Below, one piece after another: positions 41,515 through 55,700 of a DNA stretch of 64,000 nt (its first letter is position 1; every line of letters begins with the position of its first letter). Source of the stretch: Proteromonas lacertae. Lineage: Eukaryota. The stretch is taken from the NCBI GenBank assembly GCA_002245135.1, contig NGBS01000597.1:1-64000 (forward strand), given 5' to 3'. Under the pieces are notes generated by a model. The model worked only from the letters and a program-made list of their open reading frames with translations, was not told the DNA's origin and searched no databases. The translations under genes were made by a program, and so were the position numbers.

Positions 41515-42519
41515 TTATACACAATTACACATTTCAACATGTTTTCGATATTTTAAAGCACTATCAAACACTTTTATACAACTTAAACACACTTGTTTAT
41601 TCTTCATATTATTATCATTATTCATCATTCCAACTATTGTTTTCAAGTATTTTATATAGAAATATCGACAAATTCCATTCTTCTCATAATAAAATAAATT
41701 CATTATATTATCATTATTATGAGATGAATAACATGTTTGATATATTACTTTTATTCTTTCTTCTTCTTCTTCCATTCCAAAGATGTTTATACCAATTCTA
41801 TTTCTCATTTCAAATTCTTTTAACATTTTAACATTATATGGATTAACTGGATAAATAAGATTATCATCATTTATCTCATTCTTATATTTTAATAAGTATT
41901 TTTCATTATAATCATATAAATAACCATTCTTTTTACAAATATGATATAAAACATTGAATAAGAAACTTTGATTATTTGAACAAGGTAAATTATCATGAAG
42001 ACATGTTTTCTTTCGGAATATTGATGGTCTTTTCAATTCTTTACTTTCTATTAAATATTGATGTTTATTCATTTTATCATCATATTCTTCTTCTTCTATC
42101 GAAGAAATTTCATTATTTTCTACCATTGAAGGTGTTCGAATATTCATTACACCATCATCTTCTTCCATTGAAGATATTGGAGTGTTTGAATATACAGTAT
42201 ATACACTATCTGAATTTGTGAGTGAAGATGGAATAGTTAGATGATCAATATTGTTCAATGGTAATAAATTATCACCAAATTCATCATCCATATTATACAC
42301 ATCCGTATTTGATGGAAATTGGGTAAATGAGTTGTTTAAGCTTGGAGCGAAGGTATCAATATCATCATTTTGATTTGTGAAATAATCTTCTGAAGATAAA
42401 TTACCATAACGACTTTCCTGTTCATGAAGAAGATCTTCACAACACATCTGGAAGTTATTAAGGTAATTATTATCTTCAATTAAATTATTATCACAATCAA
42501 AATAGTTTTCAATATCCAT
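41515..42519 (-). CDS. Acidic/Asn-rich protein with C-terminal C2HC zinc finger (copy 2, intact 334 aa)
   Basis: Single ORF; CLSCIKVFDSALKYRKHVEMC at the C-terminus. Confidence 0.7.
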   Translation of the reverse strand: MDIENYFDCDNNLIEDNNYLNNFQMCCEDLLHEQESRYGNLSSEDYFTNQNDDIDTFAPSLNNSFTQFPSNTDVYNMDDEFGDNLLPLNNIDHLTIPSSLTNSDSVYTVYSNTPISSMEEDDGVMNIRTPSMVENNEISSIEEEEYDDKMNKHQYLIESKELKRPSIFRKKTCLHDNLPCSNNQSFLFNVLYHICKKNGYLYDYNEKYLLKYKNEINDDNLIYPVNPYNVKMLKEFEMRNRIGINIFGMEEEEERIKVIYQTCYSSHNNDNIMNLFYYEKNGICRYFYIKYLKTIVGMMNNDNNMKNKQVCLSCIKVFDSALKYRKHVEMCNCV

Positions 42520-42651
42520 AATTCACAAATACTTCTTAGAATGATGAGAAATTAAAAACAAAAGAAAAATGATTTTTTGTATTTTTTGTGACAATGTAAT
42601 TATGACATTATTTTACATTTAATAAAAATATGAAAAAAGAATGGATTTCTT

Positions 42652-44783
42652 TTAATAATCAACTATTATATCTGTTATTTCAAAATATGATTTTCTATTA
42701 TTACTTTGTACCATCAAATATAATGGAGTTTCAATATTTTTCACTACAATCTTCATTTCTTTTTCATTTTCTTTTCTACAACCAATTTGTTTGTTTTTAA
42801 AGTCAAAAAGAATATCAATATTTTCATTTCTACCATAGACTATATCATATATTGTATTTTTTCTTACACTTTCATCTTTATTCTCTTTTGTTGTAGATGC
42901 TTTTATATTTACATTCGAATAATAACATTTTATTTGATATATACCTTCTGTAAAACAATAATCAAATATAAAATAGTCATTTGTTGAACAATTATAATTA
43001 AAATCAACACTATGAAGTTGCGGATTATATTCTATATATCTATTTGATTTATATCCTTCTCCAATATCAATATTTACTATTCTTACTTTCGTTGATATTG
43101 AACCAACTTCATTTTTACATGTCACAGTAAAAGTATCATTTATAACTCTTTTTATGGTTAAATCACCTGAGAATCTATTACAGTATATGCTTGATGGTTT
43201 ATCAATAGAAAATTCACATCCTTCTCCAATAAATTCACTCTTTATAGTAAATGGTAATTGAAATAAACAAACTTTATATTCATCTTTTGAATATTTAAAA
43301 TATGTTGGAGGTTTTACATTGGTTGATAAACTTTTCTGATTTTGATTATTATTTTTGTAATAATCAAATAATCCATTACAAAATTTGTGATATTTTCTAA
43401 TATATCTATTTATATTGGTTAGAACATTTTCGTCTTCACACTCATATTGAATTAACGGAATTAAATATACTATAAAAATAATTCAATAGATAATATACTA
43501 TTATTACATAACAATAATATTGCTTTTATTATTGAATTCTTCTTTTTCTCTAATGGGTTTAATTCTTCAAATTCTTTATCTGCAACTACTTCAGATTCTG
43601 TTGATGATTCTTCTGATGGAAGTTCTTCTTCTGATGGAAGTTTTTCTTCTTGATTTTCTTTTACTAGTTCTTCCTCTACATTTTTTTCTTCTTCTTCCAA
43701 CATTCTTAATTTCTTATTCAATATTCTGTATTTTGATGTAATTAACTTAAGGATTGGAGGATAAATTAATTTTACTATTCATTCATTATAATAATATTAT
43801 ATAAATACAATTATATTTCAGTTTAAAATCATAGATTAAATCAACTGTGTTACTTAATGTTAAGATTGATTTACTGTTTAATAATTGAGGAATTAATGGT
43901 TGTAAATCTAATAAACTCAATTGAAATAGATAATCTCTTTTTTCTCCTAATAATCTGTTATTTGTTTCATGTTTTAAACAATATAAATAAAACCATTTAT
44001 TAAATACTTCATTGTCAGTTGGTTCAGAATCTATATACAATCGATTTGTATTTTCATTTTCATTTGATTCTTCTATTCTATTTTCTTTTAATATTTCTCT
44101 TAATTCTTTCTCTTCTTTTTCTTCTAATTCATCTACTTTAATTTCTTTATATAATTCTATCATTTTACTCTTTTCATCTTCACTTCTATTCTCTATCTTC
44201 CTTAATTGATTGAATAAATAGTCTTCACTTTTTATTACAAAATTATCCAATGATAAAACATACTTCAATAATTCAACATTATTATCATTCAAATTTTCAT
44301 CTTTAAACAACTCATATCCATATATACATAAATAATCACTCAATCCATATTTCATTTCTCTTAATGGCTCATATTCATTCATTGGTATTTCATTAAACAT
44401 TCTTTGGATTAGTTTTATATTGCTATTCTTTATTATGTACTTCTTACACTCTTCTAATAGTGTCATTTCATTATAACACACACAAGCCATTAATATATCA
44501 AATATATTACCTTCAGTTATTTCTATTAAACCATAACCATAGTATTTAAGCAAATTAGTGAAACCAACTACACTTACTATTTCTGTCTTGATTTTATCCT
44601 CTCTCTCTTTTCATCTTCTATCATATTCTTCACCACAGAATTCTTCTCTTTCAGAAAGAAAGAAAAACTACTTATCTCTTCTTCTTCAACTATAAAAACC
44701 ACATCATTTAATCCTTTATTGCTATAGTAATTGATTATCCCTTCTTTGGGGATTGAAAGATTAACACAACATCGATTTGACAT
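42652..44783 (-). CDS. BTB/POZ(-BACK) protein (copy 2)
   Basis: Paralogue of 27577..29732; apparent 2 bp GA-repeat frameshift near 44600. Confidence 0.75.
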
Positions 44784-45010
44784 TCAATACGACAAATACA
44801 ACAACAATGTGTATTGTATGGTATTATGTGTATTTTAAACCTTATATATATTAGAAACTATTTTATTAAATCAATTGAATTTATAATGTTTACATTGCTT
44901 AAATAATAGTATTTATCTCTAAATCAGAAAAAAGAAATTATGAAACGGATATTTCAAATAGGTTTATCAAAATTTTCAATTGTTCTTTATCATTTTTTGT
45001 TTTTTTCTCA

Positions 45011-45830
45011 ATGGTATTAATTTTATTTAATTTTTAATAGGCTTATTTTGAAGGGGAAATATCTACAGTTTGTGAATCAAGGAATACTCAATTGAACATA
45101 ATTGATAGTGAGTATAAAACACCTAAAATAGAATTAAAAGTATGTAATTATATATTATGTTGTTATTTATTAATTAGTTAAATGTAGAATCAATTAATAA
45201 AGAGGATTATACAACTTTAATTTATGCAAGTGAAGGCTCTGCTTCTATCTGTTTTGATTTTTGTGTTGAAAAAGCTACACTAATAGGCAAAATATATTAT
45301 GAACAATATACAGAGAAATCCACCAAGAGTTGTTCAATATACACTTTGAATCACTATATGATAGTAATTAATCAATATCCAGTTAATTCAGAAAATGGTT
45401 ATGAGATTGTTGATATGATGTTATCATTAGGTAACTTCAGTACATTTTTAGTCTATACTTCTTTATCATTCAAATTATTCCCTTCAAATTCAATTTTATC
45501 AACAATCTATGCACTTCCTATTAATATTAGTGAAGTAGAAAAATCTTGGAAATTGTTACCAAGTGGTATAATATTGGAAGGAATAATAGCTGCTATTGGA
45601 TCTTATGTATTTTAAAACAATAATTATTTTCTTTATAGTGTCAAATTCATCAGAAAGAATGTATTATTTATGTTTGTAATACATCCTATTCTCTTTGTGT
45701 AGATGATGTATTATCATATTTGAGTGTTATTCCTGATGAGATAAAACCTAAAGAGAAAATTGAAAAGAAAGTTTCAAAAGTATTAGAAAAATATAATTCC
45801 TTAAACCCCAAAAGGTCATTATATATCTAA
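45011..45830 (+). CDS. PSMG1: Proteasome assembly chaperone 1 (PAC1)
   Basis: Spliced KLLPSGIILEGIIAAIGSY|CQIHQKECIIYVC resembles the PSMG1 AAVLSYCQ..ILY.C region; C-terminal HbYX motif (LYI*); 3 introns. Confidence 0.7.
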
Positions 45831-45928
45831 ATTGAATTATTCTGTTGTTTTATTATGTGTTTATCTCATTTTAATTGTGTTTTAAAAATTATATAGGTTT
45901 GATTCTCAGTTTGATCATTTTTGAATTA

Positions 45929-48900
45929 ATGAGATTTTACTCTCTATTGCTTATTTGTATTGCATATTGGTTATAATAATTATAGCTTTTTTGTTCTTTA
46001 AACTGAGTTTCACTTATGATTTTAGTTATGATGATAATACTCCAAATTATATTGTAGGAGTTGAAATACAAGACAATTCTCCATTGATTCAAGAACATGG
46101 AATATTTAAAATAACTCCAAAGCTGGTATCAGGTCTAAATATTAACAAACAAAGTGGAATTATCTCAGGAACACCTGAAGAACAATATGAAGGTAATTTC
46201 ACCATTATCTTTACTAATGATAATACAGGAGATGTATTATCAACCAAAATATACATGACTGGTATATATGTTCTTAATATTATTAATGTTTGTATAGTAT
46301 GGGATAAGCCAAATGTTTTAGATTATGGTTTTCAAAAGCTAACATCTTATTACACAATAACTGACGAATTTCAACCAAAAACAGATAAGAAAATTACTTC
46401 GTATAATCTAACTATACAGTTATTTTATTTTATATTAGATATTCAATCAAATATAGTGATACAATTGCAGAAGGACTAATAAAACTCAATACAGAGACAG
46501 GAAATCTAACTATAAATGATTATGAACCAGTAGAACAAGGAATAATGTATATTTATAATGTAATAATAATAATGATAGTCTAACAATAACAGCTACAAAC
46601 ATTGCAGGATCAATATCAACCACAATAACAATAATCAAAAGAGAATTAACCTATTCAATAGGAATGGAAAGCAGTTGTACATACAGTCGATTTGATTATT
46701 TCATTTGCAGAAATGGTCCAGCCAATGATACAAAGAATATAATAACATATAATTCAACCTGGAAATCATTAGAAGGATTAAACTCATCTACTAATGTGAA
46801 TACAAATAGAAATGAATGGTTTTATAGATGGAATGGAAATAAAGATTATTATTATGCTTTTAAATATTCATTTGATGGATTTATTAACATAACAGAAAGT
46901 GGAGAATATGTGTTTTATTTATATATAGATTATGGTGGAAGTATATTGAAAATAAATGATCAAATAGTTATTGATAGTTATTCATGTCAAAATGATTTTA
47001 GTAATAGAATAGAAGGAAGAATTACCTTAGAAAGTGGTATTTATACTATACATATAGATGGTTTTATTACTGATAAATCTGATACTTATAAATATGATGG
47101 TAAATACAGATATGTATTTAGATATTCATTACCTTCAAATCATGATGTAGAATTACCTGTTGAATTATTATATGGTATATTTATCTATATATTGTTATTA
47201 TTATTACTATAGTTGATAATTCTTATGATCCATTAATTGGTTTAGAGTTTGAGAATCATATCATCACTGCTCCTATTAATAGCAATATACAAATACCATT
47301 CAAATTTATTAAAGGAACTACAACTGAATGCTAATAGTGATGATATATTACCATCTCCACTTCATTTTGATTTAGAATCAATGATTATAACTGGTGAATT
47401 GGATAAAGCAATACCTTCTAAAACATATTCAATCGTCTGTCATAATCCTACATCTATTAGTAATTCATATGATTTAACTATCAATGTAGTAGATCAATAT
47501 TCAAAAGGATTAATTGCCTCCTATATGAAAGTAATTCCATCATTTGATAGTAAATGTAAACTACCTTATACTCCTTCTAACTCTACAACTGTTACTGAAA
47601 TTATAAGAAGAGAAATTGATATAAATCGACCATATGATAGTGAAAATACTACATCAATATGGGATGGCTTAAGTGATGATTTCTTTGATGATTTTGCTGT
47701 TAATTGGGATGGTTATATTGATATAAAAGAGAAAGATAAATATATATTTCAAGTCAGAGCAAATGGTGCTATTTGGATATATTTAGATAATATTCGAGTG
47801 TTGTTTAGTACAGGATGTAGTGGATATATAAAAGAAACAAGTTATCCAATATTATTAGAAAACCGGTTTTATTCTATAAAGATAATATATTTAAAACATG
47901 AAGGATTAAGTTCATTTGAATTATTAATGAGAAAAGAAGGTGAAACTGATTTCTTCAATCCTATTGATAATTATTTTCATGTATATAATGGTGTATTAGA
48001 ATATTCTTATTTATCTTCTACTTATTATACTGAAAGAGAGATTATACCAAATGAAATAGCGTTTTTAGATGATTATAATAAAGGAAAAACAATAAAAGAA
48101 ATAACATTCAAACCATCACTACCTCAAGGATTATCATATGATAAAAATAGTGGTAAAATATATGGAACTCCATCTAAAGAATATATATATTTAGATGAAA
48201 GAATATTGTATAATATTAACATAATATTTGAAGAAAATCCAGATATAACTATAACTACATCCATAACAATAACAATAAAGGAGAATATAAAACCTCAAGG
48301 TATTTATTTAGTAGATCTTTCTACTGGTGAAGAATTCAATCAATCAAGTTATGCTAGTATAGGTGAAGTCTATAATTTCGTAATAAAAACTAGAATTGGA
48401 ACAGTTTTATACTATGAAGTAAGTGATTTGACATTTCCTTACTATTATAATACAACTATAAATAAACTAATAGTATTAATTGATAGTTATAATAAATCAT
48501 TTGAAGTTACAGGTTATGGTACTGATGGGTCTATAATATCATCTACTATACAGTTAAATGTGAATAATACATGTAGTGAAAATGGATATAAAAGATATAC
48601 TATCTTTGTAGAATCATCTGAAAGTAAAGATACTCAAACCTATATTTCAGGCTTGAATATTCGATTTAATTTTACTTTAATTCCAAAATTCTTTGTTGCT
48701 GAGTTTGAAATAGATAGAGATTTTACTCCCTATATATTTGCTTCTCAATGTATTCCTGGTGGTTTTTATGTGATTGAATTTTATGCATTTCCTGATACTA
48801 ACTTAAAGTTACATTTCTATGTAGATGGTTCTAAGTTTTATTATTATAGTGGAATTATTACAGATGAAAAGATTAGATTGTATATTGATACAGGTATATA

Positions 48901-51900
48901 TATATATAAACATTATATTAATGAATAGATCCAACTCCTCCATCTTTCATATATCCCAATAACAATTTAGTAGAATTCTATTATAATGAATTAAACTCCT
49001 ATAAGCCAGAAACTGAATCTTTTCTTGGAGAATGTACAATAGAACCAAATGAATTACCTGAAGGAATATCATTCGATGAATTAACAGGTGAAATATATGG
49101 AAAATCATCCCAAGAATTCAAAACAACAAAGTACAAAGTAAACTGTATTAATCCATCAGGATCTGGTGTTGTTTATATCAATATAACAGTTCATAATTAT
49201 ACAACTAAAGATTGGTGTTATATGCAGAATCAATTATATGTGACATTATTCGTTAAAACTACAACTGATCCACAAAATATGAAATTTGTATTGATAAATT
49301 CAAATGATGAAATAGTAAAGAATTTTGTAGGTGCAGATATTTGGACTAAAAATGCTAATTATACATATTCATTCTGTTTAAAGGAAGATTATTATATTGG
49401 TAAAAGAGAAGATACAACTGAAAATTTTGGATGGTTTTCTGGATATATGACTTTTATAGTGAATGATTTTTTACTTAGAAATTTTACAGTTGAATACTAT
49501 GAAACATCTCAAAATAACACTTATTATTGTATATACTAATTATTATTATTATTATAAATAGTAAAAATGACACATTCTGCTTTATGTAAATGGGATTATT
49601 CTACAGTGAAATATAATGATTGGAATTTACCATCCTATTCATCAGAAGAATGGATGAAATCATTATTATCAGACTTACCAACTGTTATTGATGATAATGT
49701 AAATGTTGTTTATGTAAGATCTGAATTGTATTTTACTAATCAAGATAATTTCACTTCTTATCATATCAAATTTAGTCATATTTCTGGTATTATCTTATAC
49801 ATAAATGGTGATGAATATTATAGAAAGTTTATCTCACCTACAACAGATAAAAGTGATGGTAAATTTGAAGGTTTAACAGAAATCAATTTGTTATTGCCAG
49901 TGACAGTATTGAATGAAAATGGAAAGACAGTAGTAGCAATGGAATTACATAAATATGAATTAGAAACATCATTCCCACAAATATCACTTCAATCATTAGA
50001 ATTAGAAGGAGATACTGAAGAAGATTGTACTATTCTAAACAAGTACAGAAAACCAATAACCGAATATATACCTGAATATGAAGTGTCATATAGTAAAGTA
50101 GAGAATGGTTTTGATTATTCATGGTCAACATCCTGGACTCAATCATGGAAGAATCCAAAAGAAGATCCTGTACATAGTTGGGCAATAATGAGTCTAAAAG
50201 ATAATACATTTGTTGATTTCAATCAATTCAGTATTACAGCCTTTGAATCAAGTCAGAATACTCATCCTAAGAAGGTTATATTGAGTGTAAAAGAAGATAA
50301 TGATAATTGGGTTGATCTTAAAACATTTGATAATCTAACATATCCATCAACAAAGCCATATAAATCATACTTCAATCTAACGACTAGAAATAGATTAATT
50401 TCTGCATTTAAAGTTGATATTGTTGAAAAGTATTCAACTTATAGTAAATATGTAGAAGTAAGAGATTTTATATTTCATTTATGTCCATTGAAGTTTTGTA
50501 GTGAGTTTGAGACATTTCCACTATCAGCAAGTGGTAGTTCTGTTGTTGGTTTATGTAATAATCAAACACAAGGAATTGAATATGAAAATCGTACTTTTAT
50601 ATGTGAAAATGGTAAAATTCCATCTTGGAGAGAAATTGATAACTATTGCTATAATGATAAACCTTCTGTTATTGTACAGTTTGATAATTATGAGTTTAAA
50701 GTGGGTGAAGTGTATAACAATATAGAGTTAGCGAGGTTTAGTGGTGCTAATTTGACTTATGAAATTGTTAATAGAAAAAATGATATAAGTGAAGTGTATA
50801 TTGATCCAAAAACAGGAAGAATTACATTTGAACCAATCAAAGAAGTTGAAAAGACAATTATTACTATTAGAGCTACATCTTATCCATCTGAAGTATCAAC
50901 AGAATCATCAGTCAATGTAACAATAAATCCAACTTATTATCCAATATTATATAACTTAACCAAAACTATTACAATAGAAAGTGGTAAAGAATATAAAGAG
51001 ATTAAACTGTTTAAAGTATTAGGAAATGATTTGACATTTAATTATAAAGAATTACCAAATGGTTTTACATTTGATGAAGATAGTCAAAGTTTTAATGGAA
51101 TATCTATGAATGAAATAAGTGATATTATCTATCCAATATCATTCAAAGTATCTAATGTCAATGGTTCAATTGATTTTACATTTTATATGGAAATAGTAAT
51201 TCCAGATATTCCTAATATGATTATAGTAAAAGATCAGTTTATATTTTATTATGGCGAAATATATGAGGATGTTTATGCAATTAAATGTATAGGGAAAGAA
51301 GTAGTTTATTCTGCTAAATCTGGATTGCCAAATAATGTAATGATTAATTCAACAACAGGTGAAATATATGGAATGATAAAAGTAGATCCTTCTGAATATA
51401 ATGTAATCTTGAAATGTGAAAATATTAATAAAACACATGAACATAATATCAATATTAATGTTGATATTTCAGATTATCCAATCATTATATCACATGATGA
51501 TAACTTTACTGTGATTGGTGGAAATGTTTATAATGATGCAACATTCTTTGAAGTAAGTGGGAAAAAAATTGATTTATACACTATCTACTTGTATTTATTA
51601 TTATTATTATTATTATTATAAATAGCATTACCAGATGGATTAATATTTAATCCAAATACAGGTGGAATAAGTGGATATGTATTAAAACCATTAGAAACAA
51701 AAGAGTATACATTGTTTGTGAATGGTAATAAAATAACCAAAGACTTCAAATTCAAGTTAATTATAGTGATAAAGCCAGAACCAGTGGTAGTTACAACATC
51801 AATAAAATATCAATATACATTTGAAGTAGGTGTAGTGGTAAATAACATTCAATTATTTGAAGTAAGCTGGTGAGAATTTGATATATACTGTTAGTCCAGG

Positions 51901-52455
51901 TATATATATATATATATATATATTATGCTGATAGATTTACCAAATGGAATTGATATAGATAATGGCAAAGGGACAATCTCAGGAATGGCAATCACAGACA
52001 ATGATAAAGATAATAGAAATTACACTTTTACAGTAAGAAATTCAAATGGAAAAGAAAATATTGAAATACTATTGAATTTTACAGTTACTTATTGTGAAAG
52101 TGACAGTGGATTTCCTAGATCAATAGCAACAGAAGGAGGAAATTTGATACAAATCGAATGTAGTGGTGCAAAATCTGGATTATTATCTAGAAAATGTTAT
52201 TTAATAAATGATATAAAAAAATCATCTTGGGGTGAGATTATAGATGGTTGTTCTACATCTGGTGGAATTATTGCAGGAATTGTGATTGGTGTAATTGCTG
52301 GAGTAGTGTTAGTTGTATTTGGCATTATATTTTGTGTGTTGAGAAGTGGGATGATTAGAAAAAGAGCTACTTCTACTGTATTAACTAATAATTCTGTTGC
52401 TAGTACTAATAATGATAAGAATACGCATTTGGTTGAGACTGAAGTGAAAGTGTAA
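45929..52455 (+). CDS. Giant type I surface protein with putative Ig (He_PIG) repeats, two PA14-like domains, a discoidin/F5-8-like domain and Cys-rich modules
   Basis: Signal peptide; LPxGL..D..SG.I.GTP repeats; FDGFINITESGEYVF..DYGG.L.I and FAVNWDGYIDI...Y.F PA14 motifs; C......P......C...R.C...W.....C modules; TM IIAGIVIGVIAGVVLVVFGIIFCV; multiple short introns. Confidence 0.82.
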
Positions 52456-52578
52456 TGACTTATATGCTAGATTTAATAAATGATCATTACATTTTAGTAT
52501 TTTTAAATGTTTTTAGTGATATTCATCATTTAGATGCATAATGCCATTTATATAAACCATTATACTATAAAATGTAAT

Positions 52579-52618
52579 TTCTTCGCAGAAAATTCCCAGC
52601 CAATCAGAATGCGAAGAA
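52579..52618. promoter_or_regulatory. CCAAT box (AGCCAATCAG 52598-52607) within a 9 bp inverted repeat, upstream of copy B
   Basis: Inverted duplicate of 26122-26161. Confidence 0.5.
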
Positions 52619-52770
52619 TTTAAACATTCTTAAACTTTGAGTGTTCTTATACTCTTTAGTTTGGATTTTCTTCGGATTTTAGGCAATTTTATTACCTTTT
52701 TTCGAGTTCTAGTTTTTATTTTCAATTGTATCTTATTGATTTATTGAATATATTGTTGTTTAGTTGAAGA

Positions 52771-55700
52771 ATGAAGAAATCACTTCTACTTTGTGTAGTT
52801 TTTTTCTTAAGCTTTGCATTATGTGATAACTTAAGAATTGGTGAGATGTTTGGTTTATTTTCTAAGAAGGAAGCAAGATGTGTTGATGGTGAGATGAAGT
52901 GTGAAGCATCTTGTGAATGTGGAAAGGGAGTTTTAGTATGTTCAAATGGTGAATGGATTCATGGTGATATTCCAAGTATTTATAAATATACTTAAGTCTT
53001 CATTTATCTATTTTAACTAGTTGATCATGTTTGTATGTCCAATAAAGATGGTTCAGCTAAAATATTACATGTCAATAGCAAGGATCTTAAATGCAATAAG
53101 AAACACTGCAATAAAATCCCATGTCAGAATAAAGGTCAAGAACAATGTATTGACGAATGTAATTGTTATTCTGGTTATTCTTTCTGTAATAGAAAGGGTT
53201 ATCTTGAATTTAGAACTGCTCCTAGTATTTTATTAGTTATTATCGTTATATAGAAGGTTTTGTATGCAGTCAAGAAACAGAAAATAGAGTATCCTTTGTT
53301 ACTCCCTGTGGTAATCAACAAGGTAAATGTGCCAATCGTTTTAATGGTCATTGCACATGTGGAGATCGTGCATTAGCTGAATGTACCGATAATGAACAAA
53401 GATGTTTGAATGAATGTGGTTGTCAATCTGGATTTGAAGTATGTTCAAATAATGAATGGATAAGTGTCTCAATTCCATCAAAAACTGTATGCTCACAAAA
53501 CAATACAAAGATACAATTAGTTTCTGGTTGTCCTGAAACAGGTAAAGCAGGTGCTTGCGAAAATCGTGTAACTGGTGATTGTTTATGTGATGTATATCCA
53601 ACAACAGCTTATCCAACAACTGGAATTCCAACAACAATAAGTCCAACATCAATTCCTCCAACTGGTATGTGTATGAATGGAGATCAAAGATGTGCAAGTG
53701 AATGTGAATGTGGTTCTGGTTATTTCGAATGTGATAACCACGAATGGATATTGCGAGAAATTCCAGCTGGAACAGTTTGTGCTCAAAATGAATCATCCAT
53801 TGAATTAGTATTTAGTTGTCCAGAATTCGGAGAATCTAATAAATGTATGAATCGTATAAGAGGTGATTGTCGTTGTAGAAATACCCCATCTACAGGTAGA
53901 CCAACAACAGCATCTCCTTACACAGGTAGACCAACCACTTCAACTCCATATACTGGTAGACCAACTACTGCTAATCCAACAACAGGAACTCCATATCCAT
54001 CTTCATGTATTGAAGGTGAACAATTCTGTGAAAGTCAATGTGAATGTGGAAATGGTTATTATGAATGTGTAAGAGGAGAATGGCTCCATCGTGAATTACC
54101 TCAAGGAACAGTCTGTGGACAAAATGGAACAGAAATTAACTTAGAATTTGGATGTATTGAATATGGTGAAGCTGAAAAATGTAAAGATAAAGTATATGGT
54201 GAATGTAACTGTAATATTGCTCCAACTGGTTTACCAACAAACAATCCAACAGCTCCAACTGTTCTTACTCCAACAATTGTACCAACAGTTCCAAATACAT
54301 GTATAGATGGTGAACAATTCTGTGAAAGTCAATGTGAATGTGGAACTGGTTATTATGAATGTGTAAGTGGTCAATGGATTCATCGTGAATTACCTCAAGG
54401 AACAGTCTGTGGACAAAATGGAACAGAAATTAACTTAGAATTTGGATGTATTGAATATGGTGAAGCAAAAATATGTAAAGATAGAATTGATGGTGAATGT
54501 AATTGTGAAATTCCATCAACGATGAGACCAACCACCATGAGACCATCATATAATCCAACTGTTAATCCCACTGGTCGTTGTATTGATGGTTATCAAGTAT
54601 GTTCATCTCAATGTGAATGTAATAAAGGATATTATGAATGTGTTCATGGTGATTATATTTTAAGACCATTACCAACTTCAACAGTATGTTATCAAAATGG
54701 TACAAGTATATTTGTTGATTTTGCCTGTCTTGATGAAGATATTCCAAACGATGGTCCATGTGCTGGTCAAGTTTATGGACAATGTTCTTGTCGTGTTAGT
54801 CCAACAAGAAATCCAACAAGAAGACCATCTACAATGATTCCAACAGTAGCACCAACTTCAACAAGAAGACCACCAACTATATTACCAACTATTGTTCCAA
54901 CAAATGGTCCATATCCAACTGAAATTCCTGGTCCATGCACAACAGGTGATATGGTATGTGCAAGTGAATGTGAATGTGGAAGTGGCTATTATGAATGTGT
55001 ATTTAACACTTGGTTATTAAGAGAATTACCTGAAGGCAACAGTATGTTCTCAACAAGGAAATGAAATAATGATGGCATATGAATGTCCTGAAGAAGGTGA
55101 ACAATTGAATTGTGCTGGTCATCTTCATGGTAGATGTAGATGTGGTAATGAAATTCCAACTGGAACATATCAACCAACTGGAACTTACAGACCAACTACA
55201 ATGAGACCAACAGCAAGAAATCCATATCCAACAAGACAAAGACCAACTGGAATGTGCAATGATGGAGAACAATTTTGTGAAAGTCAATGTGAATGTGGAG
55301 CTGGTTATTATGAATGTGTAAGAGGAGATTGGGTATTAAGACCAATGCCAACAGGAACAGTCTGTGGTCAAAACAACACCATGATATCAATTGAATTTGG
55401 TTGTTCTGAAAATGGAGAAGCTGAAATTTGTAGAGACAGAATAAATGGTAATTGTAGATGTGAAGAAGTTCCTCCAACATACATTCCAACTGTAGTTCCT
55501 ACATTTATTCCAACATTCGATCCAACTGGAAATCCTTCCTATACTCCAACTTTAGTTCCAAGTGGAAGTGTTCCAAATGAATGTCAAGAAGGTATTCAAG
55601 TGTGTGTAAGTGAATGTGAATGTGGAGCTGGATATTTCGAATGTGTGGATAATCGATGGGTAGTAAGACCAATGCCAACAGGAACAGTTTGTGGTCAAAA

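Larger units (their letters stand above)
40079..44836 (-). repeat. Right arm of about 4.8 kb inverted segmental duplication
   Basis: Reverse complement of 27524-32305. Confidence 0.95.

Noticed and set aside
51898..51925. (TA)n tracts here and at ~5745 and ~26820
   Set aside because: Ordinary intronic or intergenic microsatellites.
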